Positions 38,301 through 44,245 of a DNA stretch of 64,000 nucleotides are shown here, piece by piece. The translations under genes were made by a program, and so were the position numbers. A model generated the notes under the pieces. It ran no database searches and had not been told where the DNA came from. It saw only the letters and a program-made list of their open reading frames with translations. How positions within the stretch are numbered: the stretch's first letter is position 1; every line of letters starts with the position of its first letter. The stretch comes from an uncultured Verrucomicrobiota bacterium (GTDB lineage Bacteria > Verrucomicrobiota > Verrucomicrobiia > Limisphaerales > CAIQOK01), in NCBI GenBank assembly GCA_903873415.1, contig CAIQOK010000067.1, positions 13,967-77,966 on the forward strand, in the 5' to 3' direction.

Positions 38301-38615
38301 AAACTGATTGGTAAAACTCGAGACGGGATAGCCGGTGAAATAGGCGGTCTGGACCGTAAAATTGCCGCTGGAGGCGCTGAAATGGGCGGTGACTCCACCC
38401 GCTGTTTGATCCAGAGGCAGGCCCTTGTTGACCGCCAGCGCCGGCGACCCCGTGTCGAAATCGATCAAGGCCGACTGGGACAGGGCGGGGAGCACTCCAG
38501 CGAGCATGACACCCCAAAAAAGGATTGCCATGGCAATCCAAGATGCTGTTTCTGAGCTTACTTTTTTATTCGGAAGAGTCATTCTACTGCTTAATGTGTG
38601 ATCAACGTTACCCAT
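26376..38615 (-). CDS. Giant (4,079 aa) secreted, repeat-modular, fibre/adhesin-like protein
   Basis: Uninterrupted 12,240-nt ORF. N-terminal hydrophobic signal or anchor (WIAMAILFWGVMLAGVLPALSQSA). About 44 tandem beta-type modules (InlB-B-like, MBG-like, YDG-like and two unnamed types). C-terminal CarboxypepD_reg/Cna-B-like sandwich. Start at ATG 38615, or ATG 38582 (MTLPNKK). Confidence 0.9.
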   Translation of the reverse strand: MGNVDHTLSSRMTLPNKKVSSETASWIAMAILFWGVMLAGVLPALSQSALIDFDTGSPALAVNKGLPLDQTAGGVTAHFSASSGNFTVQTAYFTGYPVSSFTNQFLYPAGALGSVLEIRFSEMVTNISFSFATIQVSQNVDLETPIYLQAFTNSPSNPPVGSASATGLYGGGPDPTDPWPQGKLSFSSPTPFNLVRISVPNVVPAPATGQAYDFLLDNIRVGRAGGASCTITAGVAPASGGSVLGTGAYSVGISSSLLATPNLGYQFANWTENGVALSSANPYAFTATTNRTLTANFVVSNLTVKVGCSPFAGGSVNLSSLASYPAGTNLTAVATPKPGYGFVSWLQGAALASATNVVGTSPTYTFTVTSNSTLLATFLPLETVSLSVSSEGGVVSGGGVYLYGSPVKAMAIPALGYGFLGWRQGGVLVTNAAIYRFPASASVSLVASFAPVQMVLPAASPLVFGQSFSSSVLSGGLVTNNAGTIVTGKFVFSDPLGVPYAGTTNVAIRFIPSDPDSYNLADTTVDVSVDKQTPVVLSGPQDLGLTYGERFGSVALTGGSAVNSAGAIVDGTFAFADPSGVPNAGTTNTPVRFTPSDTANYTAAMAAVTVSVAKQTPVVSVPPQSSDLVYGQSLSQALLSGGAVTNAAGESVPGGFAFVDPAWVPWAGVTNGVVRFDATDFSNYNSATTAVNVVVVRQIPVVASAPKSSGLTYGQNLSAALLSGGAATNALGENVAGSFSFLDPTLIPAAGTTNVQAVFTPTELANYKTASVTVAVTVDKQTPTVSAAPSVTDLTYGQCFGSVSLSGGLATNAFGAGVAGTFAFADPAGVPNAGTTNAAVTFTPADEGNYKTATAFSTVLVLRQTPVLSTAPMAQGLVYGQNFGAGLLSGGSVTNSSGVSLAGSFVFTDSSIVPDGGLTNASVIFTPADAGNYNPVTCVVSMVVGKQTPVVWLAPRASGLTYGQSFSSSLLGTGSATNAAGAGVQGTFEFTDPAVVPNAGLAIASVIFTPTITNNYTTSTITVNVDVARQIPSVSDLPAVSLLGYGQSFGSAVLSGGGVTNAAGTTLPGAFAFPDPAAQPNAGITNVLLSFQPEDALNYDNLSVRVSVDVAPAPLTIEANPANKVYGETIAFEGTEFTALGLIGSDSVSHVTLSSEGAVSRAPVGQYAVSAGAAQGSGLANYSTTYIPATLQVEPALITVASGLIPESKFYDGTSNATIQSNAVVLAGLLDADTNSVFLSTNGYRASFDGVGASTTAVVSVTGLSITGDQSTNYTLLQPLDLSGASILPQSVAVAKAPSASGLAYGQSLAASVLSGGSVTNLSGKIVGGRFAFATPQALPAAGIINVPFVFTPDDSTDYLSVNGTVPLAVAQAPLIITALSMDKSYGQNLSLPVRAFTAAGLMPGDTVTNVVLLSPGTTNSAPVGSYALVPGQAAGVGVENYLISYLSGTLTVHRALVSVSAGLSAETKLYDGTISATIQSNSVVLEGLFEPDNNQVFLSTNGYSATFDQPGAGSNDWVTVTNLSLTGYLATNYTLVQPLRLSGAAILPQPLGVSSAPAVSGITYGETFGTSIFTGGSVTNQAGQLISGNFGFVSPETMPRAGIASAAVVFIATDSVNYQPLFFEVPLAVTRRPLSIQALNVSKIYGQTAIFSATGFTAEGLVSGDTVTKIDLSSPGDVKQAPAGRYSLFPSGAQGVGLDNYLISYYPATLAVTPAALTLEAGLSVDEKVYDGTSAATLQTNGVIFSGLLDGDANGVFLSTNAYLAHFDGVDASTNHSVTVTNLSLCGDLSSNYVLIQPVTIVGATISPQTAALAVLPSATALAYGQSLANAALTGGMATNRQGAVVTGRLSFVSPDTIPDVGLTGVDVLFAPEDTLNYSNLTFKIEVTVGRANPVMAELPAPTPITYGKSLSDSMLSGGWMTNSANGVKVDGTFAFAFPASFPQAPEATASVIFSPTDSIHYESVEMSVVVPIARQTPTIVRIPTASALTYGQAFLDSILAGGEVTNTSGLAVPGDFVFVTPREIPDAGETNAPVAFIPADTTNYGPTATVVRVVVNAALPGLAALPLAGPISYGQKLADSTLTGGGFTNAASALVIPGIFEFTEPNLKPAAGVTNVEVVFTPTDRLHYASVKLGVEVQVGRRPLFITALSTNKVYGRAIHFSGTEYVASGLTNGDLLSSVSIQSRGSDAIAPVGKYEILVSDAQGAGLDNYSVHYQSASLTVSRAPVAITDVAAANKAYDGTPVAALNGGVLSGVLQGDALTFTPGTGIFDGPNVGNRAVVASGYGLGPGGRSTNYYLVSQPVVANATITPRLVTITNVFAADKVYDGTDSAALSGGVISGAIPGDGVSFVPGSGVFSSADAGSWPVTPVAYRLGESDVATNYLLAAQPLIQNGLIHPAPVAVIAGLTAQSKVYDASTRATIQSNGVVLSGVLGSDTPFVRLATNGYSAQFERANAGTNLIVTVSNLSLTGDRSGNYALVQPVPLVGYEISRQVPLLAALPGVSALIYGQSLGLAAFSDGVVTNSSGEPLQGTFSFVNPGQQPHVGTTNVPVVFTPADIVNYSPIAFAADISVNKASASLTFGNLEQVFNGIPLPVVAATIPAGLTVDLTYNGGTAAPLAAGNYIVAGTVVDPNYTGSMTATLRVAKAPATVSLGGLNQTYNASGISVTAATVPSGLAVDVNYNGSASPPTNRGDYAVTATISDSNYQGSASATLVIGKAFASVALSGLSAIYSGLPQSPAVSTVPEGLIAELTYNGSLGAPVCAGVYAVAANIHDANYQGATNATFVIQPAAAVVALTNLLQTYDGTPRLAAALTDPTNLAVQLTYNGSTNPPVAAGSYDVVAGVSDTNYQAFTTNTLVVIPAPITIQADNLTRAYGDDNPSLTAQVSGRPAHGDDISYMLNVAANSLSDVGIYPVVVSCGTNANYAITTAPGTLSVTPRAASVSAVAVNRPYGMLNPVFNAVVSGQPVNGAPLSYTLTTTATAFSPVGSYPLNVIPGSNPNYSFTSQGALLTVEPQPVTVTAQAGSKTYGDPNPSLTSVVSGVPPGGDPVVFTLSTTATNLSSVGAYPITVLPGVNSNYAVTPVQAVMTVIPHSASVVAVNTNRAYSTSNPQFSAVVNGQVPSGTVITYTLASSAASNSSVGVYPISITLGNNPNYSISATNGSLTVDPQIVAVTVNNTNKAYGDPLPVFTSSGVMPVTNLTYTLATTATPLSGAGIYPIYVVPVLTNSSYSLTGSVGTLTVTPKAASVAAVNTSRAYGAANPTFTATVVGLVPGGDTLNYALATAADSNSVVGVYPITVTLGSNPNYSPAISNGLLTVSKAAATISITNLAQTYDGAAKPALAVTVPVNLACVLTYSGSGSAPTNAGSYSVVATVNDTNYVAVVTNTLVIARAPAFVVANNQSRLFGTTNPVLTAVVTGQVPGGSVVSYTLSTTALTNSAAGVYPITVTLGSNTNYLVSATNGTLSIVSSLPVAVTLSNLVQTYSATARAVTVITSPTNVAVALSYNGLTAAPTNAGSYTVVGKVTNTNYFGGATNILVVNPASASIVGTNLTRAYGATNPVLRATVKGQITGGSAIIYTLTTTAATNSPVGIYDITVVPGANTNYSISITNGLLTVSPKAAGLTGGKFTRAYGATNPIFTATAIGLVNGDTLNYTFATTATPTSGVGTNVITVVPGVNTNYTIATTNGSLVITKAPLIITADNKQKVAGAVNPVFSASYAGFVNSDTAAVLTSPVAFNTTAATNSAPGAYPITPTNGVAANYSITNKAGSLNILRSALWFQNVVATGALNSFDADTNRTGTEFALLFEQDAQVTNTYQLAAANPGQLYYLAGYSDTPGTSVTATLSIPLPLMLSGIKPVSVYGGYDALFTRVTATATNSVVTLGGDITTGFSVGAPTTASNLTTFTLAGVVPTNGVLAIVVHLDYAWKGTNGWAMNATTKAATGTTSTLSAGLSIPSYKSYTNGIYWNGEKAMQSRYLSPVQSTNVVYANPGFIGQVNYSTLFESAPRPGLGVSLYNASTNLIGTATTDANGAFKLSYTHPAAAADYYIDVLGVRQKITVSAGRLGFVQFTVD
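27252..29993 (-). repeat. Array of ten ~77-aa MBG(YGX)-like modules with two interspersed type B modules (aa about 2875-3788)
   Basis: Recurrent N..RAYG..NP.(F/L)TA.V.G...G......Y.L.T.A...S.VG.YPI.V..G.N.NY.I....G.LTV.P. Confidence 0.6.
29994..30857 (-). repeat. Four consecutive ~72-aa 'type B' modules (aa about 2587-2874)
   Basis: ..L.Q.Y(N/D)G.......T.P.GL.V.LTYNGS...P..AG.Y.V.A...D.NY.G....TL.I.., four times in a row. Two more copies are interspersed downstream. Confidence 0.6.
32913..35252 (-). repeat. Three copies of a ~260-aa super-repeat [MBG-like, YDG-like, type A] (aa about 1122-1901)
   Basis: APLTIEANPANKVYGE.. / ALITVASGLIPESKFYDGTSNATIQ.. / AKAPSASGLAYGQ.., then the same order twice more (APLIITALSMDKSYGQ.., RPLSIQALNVSKIYGQ..). 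Confidence 0.6.
35253..37244 (-). repeat. Eight consecutive copies of the ~83-aa 'type A' module (aa about 458-1121)
   Basis: Recurrent ..L.YGQ.....LSGG..TN..G..V.G.F.F.DP...P.AG.TN....F.P.D..NY......V.V...KQTP.V, segmented by eye. Confidence 0.6.
37245..37919 (-). repeat. Three InlB-B-repeat-like modules in the giant protein (aa about 233-457)
   Basis: CTITAGVAPASGGSVLGTGAYSVG...GYQFANWTENG...TLTANF; VKVGCSPFAGGSV...GYGFVSWLQG...TLLATF; LSVSSEGGVVSGGGVY...GYGFLGWRQGG...SLVASF. Confidence 0.6.
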
Positions 38616-38868
38616 TCGCAGAGGCCTTCTAGCAGAGCGAAACAGATCTTAGAACCATGTGGCAGTTAATACGTTTGAGAGTGTTGACCCTTGTCGGCAC
38701 ATTGTCCAGCGCGACATTTCCCCTTTCGCATCCGTAGTGTTACGGAATAAAGAGGCGCCTTTCCGGCCCCATTCCCCCGCCTTAATCCTATACGGGTGAC
38801 GGAATGGAACCCGGCTGGTCAATTCCTCCGGGCCGAGCCTTCTTGCTGCCCCCCGAATCCCTCCGGCT

Positions 38869-39897
38869 CTAAGCAAACTGAGGATGAGCCCGCAGCCTGG
38901 CCATGGAGGAGTCGCTCAACGGCTCGGTCCGATACACCGGGTCGGTCATCGGCTCGGCGCTATGGGAGCGAGCGGCCCGTTCCAGCCAGCGCGGTCCCAG
39001 CGGTTCGACAATCATTGCGGGGTCATTGGATGCAATGGTGGTTTCCTCTTTCTCCCCGGTGGCATGGCCTGCGCCCACATAAAACCCGGCCAAGAGGAGG
39101 GTCACACGCAGAATCGTGCTGCGGGAATAAGTGGACAGGGCGCAGGGCCTTTGGGAATCGAGCAAACCGAACAAATTGCTGAACAGGGGCAGAGTCCACA
39201 TCACCGGATTTCTGGCCGGAGAATAGGCGTCGAACAACACCGCATGCGGGGCCGGCCACCGTTGGGCCTTTGCCGCCGCGACCTGCGCAGAGACAAGGGA
39301 GGGAAAGTCCCCGTGGTGAAACTCCCAGTTTACCGTCTGCGGTCCATCCTCAAACGCCACACGCCGGGCACCCAAAAAGTCCCGGACCCGATCCTCGTAG
39401 CCGCCGAAGTAGCCCAGATCACGGGCATTCGTCAAAGCGAACTCGAGCGGCTCGCCGGTGCGATCGAAACTAAGGATGCGCAACCGGCAGGGAATATCGC
39501 GCGTGGCCTTCAGGACGGTGAGCGTGTTGGCAGCCGCCCCCAGCCCCACGTCCCAGATCACAAATTCGCCGGCGTGCCGCAGCAACCGCTGGCGCAACTG
39601 CAACTGGTTGACATAGAGCGCCTGCGCCTCCGCAACAGGACCGACAACGGGATGAAAAGTCTCCTCATCCACCAGGGAACGAACGGAACAGATTCCATTG
39701 TTCAAGCGGACCAATTGAAAGCGGGTATCCGATAGCACACGCCAGTCTGCGGCGAACCGGACCAATGGAAAAGAAAAACCCTCATTCCGCTGCCCTTTGC
39801 TCACGGGAGTCAACGGCGGCCCTTCTGGTGTTCTATAAGGCGGGATCAGGCCGGATTGCTCCGGCACTTTTAAAACGCACCAAATTTCACCGGGCAC
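38869..39897 (-). CDS. MnmC-family SAM-dependent methyltransferase domain protein (tRNA mnm5s2U-type, methyltransferase domain only)
   Basis: EFVIWDVGLGAAANTL, RLRILSFDR and HAVLFDAYSPARNPVMWTLPLF match the remembered MnmC N-terminal domain pattern (DAxFLDGFAPAKNPDMWT). GTG start at 39897; there is no upstream in-frame ATG. Confidence 0.75.
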   Translation of the reverse strand: MPGEIWCVLKVPEQSGLIPPYRTPEGPPLTPVSKGQRNEGFSFPLVRFAADWRVLSDTRFQLVRLNNGICSVRSLVDEETFHPVVGPVAEAQALYVNQLQLRQRLLRHAGEFVIWDVGLGAAANTLTVLKATRDIPCRLRILSFDRTGEPLEFALTNARDLGYFGGYEDRVRDFLGARRVAFEDGPQTVNWEFHHGDFPSLVSAQVAAAKAQRWPAPHAVLFDAYSPARNPVMWTLPLFSNLFGLLDSQRPCALSTYSRSTILRVTLLLAGFYVGAGHATGEKEETTIASNDPAMIVEPLGPRWLERAARSHSAEPMTDPVYRTEPLSDSSMARLRAHPQFA

Positions 39898-39975
39898 TTT
39901 AACGGGGGGCTGCTCCAGCGGTATCTGTGGGTCTTTCCGATGTGATTGCCGGCCCCCGCCAAAGCCTTTGGGCGG

Positions 39976-40013
39976 AAAAAATGGCGGCTGACATCAATGC
40001 CAGCCGCCATTTT
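39976..40013 (-). terminator. Rho-independent terminator ending the 5-gene minus-strand operon
   Basis: On the minus strand: AUGGCGGCUG, a 10-nt loop, CAGCCGCCAU, then UUUUU. The 10-bp stem is perfect and lies 54 nt after the stop at 40067. Confidence 0.8.
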
Positions 40014-40066
40014 AACTGAACCTGCTCCAGCCGGCCGTGGATACGGGCAAAGGGTGAAGTTGAAGG

Positions 40067-41332
40067 TTAGAACTTGTTCTTCCGATAGGAGCCCATGACC
40101 GGCGCATCCGGGTTAACCTCGGGTCCGAAGTAACGCAGGCAGACCAGCGGTTCGGTCTGGCTGGTGTTTTCAAAGGTCACACCCGCCTTGGCACCGTCCT
40201 CCGTGCAGAAATATTCGTCCTCGGTCAACTCATGGAAGCGAATGAGCTTTGGACTGACCAATGGCTGCCCGTTGATCCTGCCGCTGCCCTGAACGCAGAT
40301 CAGGCCATAGGCACCGGTATCCTTGATGGTCGCCTTGGTGCCAGGATCCACGGTGAGTTCCTTGGCGGTAAAATACTGTTTTCCATCCACCTTCCCATAG
40401 ACAATCCAACGGTCCACAAAACCGTCCTTGCGGGTATCGGCAACGGGCACGGGCTCCAGATAGTGGTTGTCCTTGAAATTCGGGTCCACGTTCTTGTCCC
40501 AGTCGAGCTGGTCGACAATGAAGTCGATGTCCTTGTGCTTGTTCTTTGGCATGTCCTTGACAAGCAGGCGCCAAGGCACCTCGCGGCCTTCGACCAGGTT
40601 TTGGTACATGCCGAAAACGTCGCTGCCCCACTGCGGCTCATAAGTGCAGAGGCTGCCCGGGGCGTGAAGGATACACGGATCGATCAGCCAGCCGGACCCG
40701 ACTTTGAGACGATAGGCCTTGGAGAGATCGAGAATGCCGTTGTCACCCTTGTTCCAATTTTCGATGCACTTGCGGACCTGGGCTTTGGTGGTACCGGGTT
40801 CGAAGCCCATGAAGGTGTAGGGGAAGTTGTTTCCGACATTGTTGTGCTGGGGCGGGAAGTAGTACGACTCGGGCTTGCCTTCCTGGCCGACAAGCTTGGC
40901 CTGAGCTGCGCTCTGGTGCATGTGATGGGGAATAGGCCCCATGTTGTCGAAGAATTTGGAATACACCGGCCACTTGCCGTATTTCTTCCAAGTGGCGCTC
41001 CCGATGAGTGTCGCGCCGCTGTCTTCCACCGCTTTGCGCAGGGTGAAACGCTCGGAGCCAACCACGCAGTAATTCAGGCCTTCATCGGCCGCCCGGCCCT
41101 CATTGGCCGTCTCAGTGGTGGAGGCAAACCAGCGTTCGTCAATTCCTCCCCGGTTCAGGCCGTAGGCATAGGTGTCGTCGGGATGCAGTTTGATGCGCAA
41201 GCCGGGCTGGAGGAAAGATCGAGGCACCCAGGCCGGAGCGAGCCGCAGCAATCCGCCGGTGCGGGAAAGTTCGGCGGCGACTTTGGACTGGGTGTTACCC
41301 TTGGTGACTTTGAGTTGAGAAATGGTATTCAT
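40067..41332 (-). CDS. Cupin-fold sugar isomerase-like protein (type I phosphomannose-isomerase-like, uncharacterised)
   Basis: Long clean ORF. KWPVYSKFFDNMGPIPHHMHQ and LHAPGSLCTYEPQ resemble PMI-type metal-binding segments (memory-based). Confidence 0.6.
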   Translation of the reverse strand: MNTISQLKVTKGNTQSKVAAELSRTGGLLRLAPAWVPRSFLQPGLRIKLHPDDTYAYGLNRGGIDERWFASTTETANEGRAADEGLNYCVVGSERFTLRKAVEDSGATLIGSATWKKYGKWPVYSKFFDNMGPIPHHMHQSAAQAKLVGQEGKPESYYFPPQHNNVGNNFPYTFMGFEPGTTKAQVRKCIENWNKGDNGILDLSKAYRLKVGSGWLIDPCILHAPGSLCTYEPQWGSDVFGMYQNLVEGREVPWRLLVKDMPKNKHKDIDFIVDQLDWDKNVDPNFKDNHYLEPVPVADTRKDGFVDRWIVYGKVDGKQYFTAKELTVDPGTKATIKDTGAYGLICVQGSGRINGQPLVSPKLIRFHELTEDEYFCTEDGAKAGVTFENTSQTEPLVCLRYFGPEVNPDAPVMGSYRKNKF

Positions 41333-41377
41333 GAATAATTCAGATTATTTAGACAAACTGGATTCTACTGGCAAGGA

Positions 41378-44062
41378 TTACGGTTTGAAATTCAACGCAT
41401 CCGGCTTGCCCGCAGCGCTGATGTAGGCCAGCAGATCAAGGATCTCGTCCTCCGTGAAGTTGTTCACCAGGCCGTTGGGCATGGGCGAAAGTTTGGAGGC
41501 AGTCCGGCTCGCAATGTCGGCCAGACGGACTTCTTCAAGCGTCTCGGCTGAGAGAGGATTGGGCATGAGAACCAGCCGCTGGGCATTCACATCGATAATG
41601 CGGCCAGAGAGGCTTTCCCCGTCTTTCTTCACAATGTTATAGGTCAGGAATTGATCGGAAACGACCTTGGAAGGCTCGATGATCGACTCGAGAATGTCGT
41701 GGAGCGAATACTTGCTGCCGGCGCCGGCCAGCTCGGGCCCGACCGCTCCGCCGTGATTTCCCATGCGGTGGCATACGATGCACTGGGCATCGTTGAAAGC
41801 GGATTTGCCGCTTTCGAAATTGCGGCCGCTCTTGGCTTTCTCGAGCAGCGGGGCCAAATCAGCCACCGTCCAAGCCTTGACAAATTTGTGATCGCGCACC
41901 TGTTTCCAAGCCGGCTCACCAATGTGCTCGTCCAGAAGCGGCTTCAGCCCCACCAGTTCCGCCGGGCTGAGCGTGTCCATGGCATCCTTGCGGATGTTGA
42001 TGATGTATTTGCCATAGCTGGCTCCGTCCGCATAGTCGTGGTCGGCGTCCTTAAACCACTGCAGCAATTGGGCCGGATGCTGCGAGTGAAGGGAATCCTG
42101 TTTGCGGAACTGGGTGAACCAGGCGAAATATTTGCTGCGTTGGTCCATCGTCCAGCCGGTCTTCAGGTTGCGGAGATGATAAATGTAATAAGTCTGCTCC
42201 TCGAGCGTGGTCGCTTTGGAAACCAGCTCCAAGGTCTTGCCGATGACGCCGGGTGCCTCCAGGAAAATGAGAACCTGAGCCAGCTCGCGATTGACCCGGT
42301 CGCTGGCAGTGGGATAGAGGGCATTCCATTTTTGAACCGAGGCCGCAATGGTGGACTGATCCGGGCGGCCCTGACGGATGAAACTCAAGTGCAGCACCCG
42401 CAGTTTTGCCAGTTGCAGATCCTCGGGCAGTGTTTTGAGGGAGAATTTACGGAGAGATTCCAACAGGTCCTTCTGTGTTTCCTTCCCGCCGCAACGGGCC
42501 AAGGCAAGCAGGGCCGTCAAACCACCTCGGGGATCGGCTTCGGCCAGCGCGCGATCTTTCCACGAGTCGACGGGCTGGGTTTCAATGGCAACCCTGGCCG
42601 CATTGCGTAGAAACGGATCTTCACTGCGCAAACTCGGCCAGACAAAGTCCACAGCCTTGGGATCGGCTTTCATCTGGAAAGCCTCCAGCTTGTGACGCAA
42701 GTCGCGGGCCGCTGACGCGTTCCGGTCCGCCTTGGGAACGACATTCAAGGCGCTGCGCAAGGCCCGGTCACCGGTGAAGCTCACCCGATACAGGCCCGAC
42801 TGGGTGCCGCGGCCGCCGGTGATGAAATACATGGCCCCGTCGCGGCCGAACTCCATATCCGTCAGATTGAGCGGCTTGCCTTTGACAAAGAGCTCGTAAT
42901 CCGCCGAGTAGCTGGAACCCTGCTCCTTCAGGTTGACGGCGTAAAGACGGCCATAGGACCAGTCCATTACATACAGGGCCTGCTGGTATTTCTTGGGGAA
43001 CTTGCTCTTGGTGCCAAACTTCACCCCTGTGGGACAGCCGATACCGGTGTTCACGGCGGGAGGCAGACTGTCCGCATAATAGTCCGGCCATTTTCCAGCC
43101 CCGCTGCGCCAGCCATAGTCGCCGCCGGGGATCGCATGAATCACGCGGATCGGACGATACCAAGGCAAACCCCAGTCCCACTCCATGTCACTGTCGTAGG
43201 TGAACATTTCCCCGCTGGAACTGAACGCGAAATCATAGGAATTGCGGAAGCCCGCCAGAACCAATTCCCAGTTTTTTCCTTCCGCATCCGTCCTCAAAAT
43301 ATGCCCTCCGGGAGCTAGAATCCCCGCGGCATGACCGTTGGCGTCCCATTGCCTCGGCAGCAGGAGGTCTTCCTGATAATTCTTGTGGGGGGAGTTGGGC
43401 GAAACACCCTCAGGCAACTTCGTATGGTTACCGTTCATCACATAAATCATCCCGTCCGGCCCCTCGACAACGGCATGATAACCATGCTCGCCCTCGCCAC
43501 CGATACGTTTTAAAAAGTGCACTTCATTGGTGTCGAACTGGTCGTTGCGGTTCGAGTCGATCAACCGGTAGAGTCCGGTGCCTTCGGGACCGTGGGCATT
43601 GGCATACAAACTGTCATGGGCCCAGCACAACCCCATTGCCTGATGAATCCCGGCGGCAATCGGCTCCACCAGCGCCACCTGTCCCTTTTTGTCCAAAGTC
43701 AGGCGCAGCATCGGCCGGTCATCCTGTTGCGGAGAGATAATCAGCCGGCCTTTGGGATCAACCGCCATGCAAATCCACGACCCCTCCCCAGCGTCGGCTG
43801 AGCGGAGCAATTCCACCTTGAATCCCGGCAGGGTGGTCAGGGATTCCGCGGCGGTGGCCAACTGCCCATCCACCGGTGGGCGGGCCTTGGCCTTCTTTTG
43901 CGCATTGGGGGCCGCCGTAGACCCAACCACAGCCAGCGTCAGAACGCCGCAAACAAGGATCTGCAGTGATTTTCTGGCAACGACAACGCGTCGTGTCAGG
44001 TCAAAAGACTGTTTGGAGTTTCGCATGAGAAGAGATTCTAAATTGGGAATTTTATATTTCAA
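41378..44062 (-). CDS. Secreted 'membrane-bound dehydrogenase' beta-propeller + HEAT-like repeats + c-type haem-binding domain protein (Pirellula/Verrucomicrobium type)
   Basis: Signal or anchor segment (ILVCGVLTLAVVGSTAA). Propeller-type region (GSWICMAVDPKGRLIISPQ...), a helical repeat region, and C-terminal CIVCHRMGNHGGAVGPEL (CxxCH). Alternative start at ATG 44026. Confidence 0.85.
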   Translation of the reverse strand: MKYKIPNLESLLMRNSKQSFDLTRRVVVARKSLQILVCGVLTLAVVGSTAAPNAQKKAKARPPVDGQLATAAESLTTLPGFKVELLRSADAGEGSWICMAVDPKGRLIISPQQDDRPMLRLTLDKKGQVALVEPIAAGIHQAMGLCWAHDSLYANAHGPEGTGLYRLIDSNRNDQFDTNEVHFLKRIGGEGEHGYHAVVEGPDGMIYVMNGNHTKLPEGVSPNSPHKNYQEDLLLPRQWDANGHAAGILAPGGHILRTDAEGKNWELVLAGFRNSYDFAFSSSGEMFTYDSDMEWDWGLPWYRPIRVIHAIPGGDYGWRSGAGKWPDYYADSLPPAVNTGIGCPTGVKFGTKSKFPKKYQQALYVMDWSYGRLYAVNLKEQGSSYSADYELFVKGKPLNLTDMEFGRDGAMYFITGGRGTQSGLYRVSFTGDRALRSALNVVPKADRNASAARDLRHKLEAFQMKADPKAVDFVWPSLRSEDPFLRNAARVAIETQPVDSWKDRALAEADPRGGLTALLALARCGGKETQKDLLESLRKFSLKTLPEDLQLAKLRVLHLSFIRQGRPDQSTIAASVQKWNALYPTASDRVNRELAQVLIFLEAPGVIGKTLELVSKATTLEEQTYYIYHLRNLKTGWTMDQRSKYFAWFTQFRKQDSLHSQHPAQLLQWFKDADHDYADGASYGKYIINIRKDAMDTLSPAELVGLKPLLDEHIGEPAWKQVRDHKFVKAWTVADLAPLLEKAKSGRNFESGKSAFNDAQCIVCHRMGNHGGAVGPELAGAGSKYSLHDILESIIEPSKVVSDQFLTYNIVKKDGESLSGRIIDVNAQRLVLMPNPLSAETLEEVRLADIASRTASKLSPMPNGLVNNFTEDEILDLLAYISAAGKPDALNFKP

Positions 44063-44245
44063 CCCTTCAATCGCTTAAAGAGAAAAAATCTGTGTTTTTC
44101 AAGACCACAACCGCCCGCGCAACCGGTTGGCCCTTCGCGTGGAAACAAGGTTCAATCCCGGCACGAAGGACCCCTGCAACCCTTGCGGGCACGCCAGGGT
44201 CAGAACCCGGTCAAACAACCGGGATCAAACCGGACTTTCGAGGCC

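Noticed and set aside
37174-38541. Same-strand alternative-frame ORFs inside the giant gene (37174..37695, 38038..38541).
   Set aside because: They are out of frame with the 4,079-aa ORF, G/R/W-rich, and carry no independent signals.
38616-38868. Sigma-70 -35/-10 promoter upstream of the giant gene.
   Set aside because: TTGACC and TATAGG-like hexamers are present but 24 nt apart. No spacing-compatible pair was found, so no promoter call is made.
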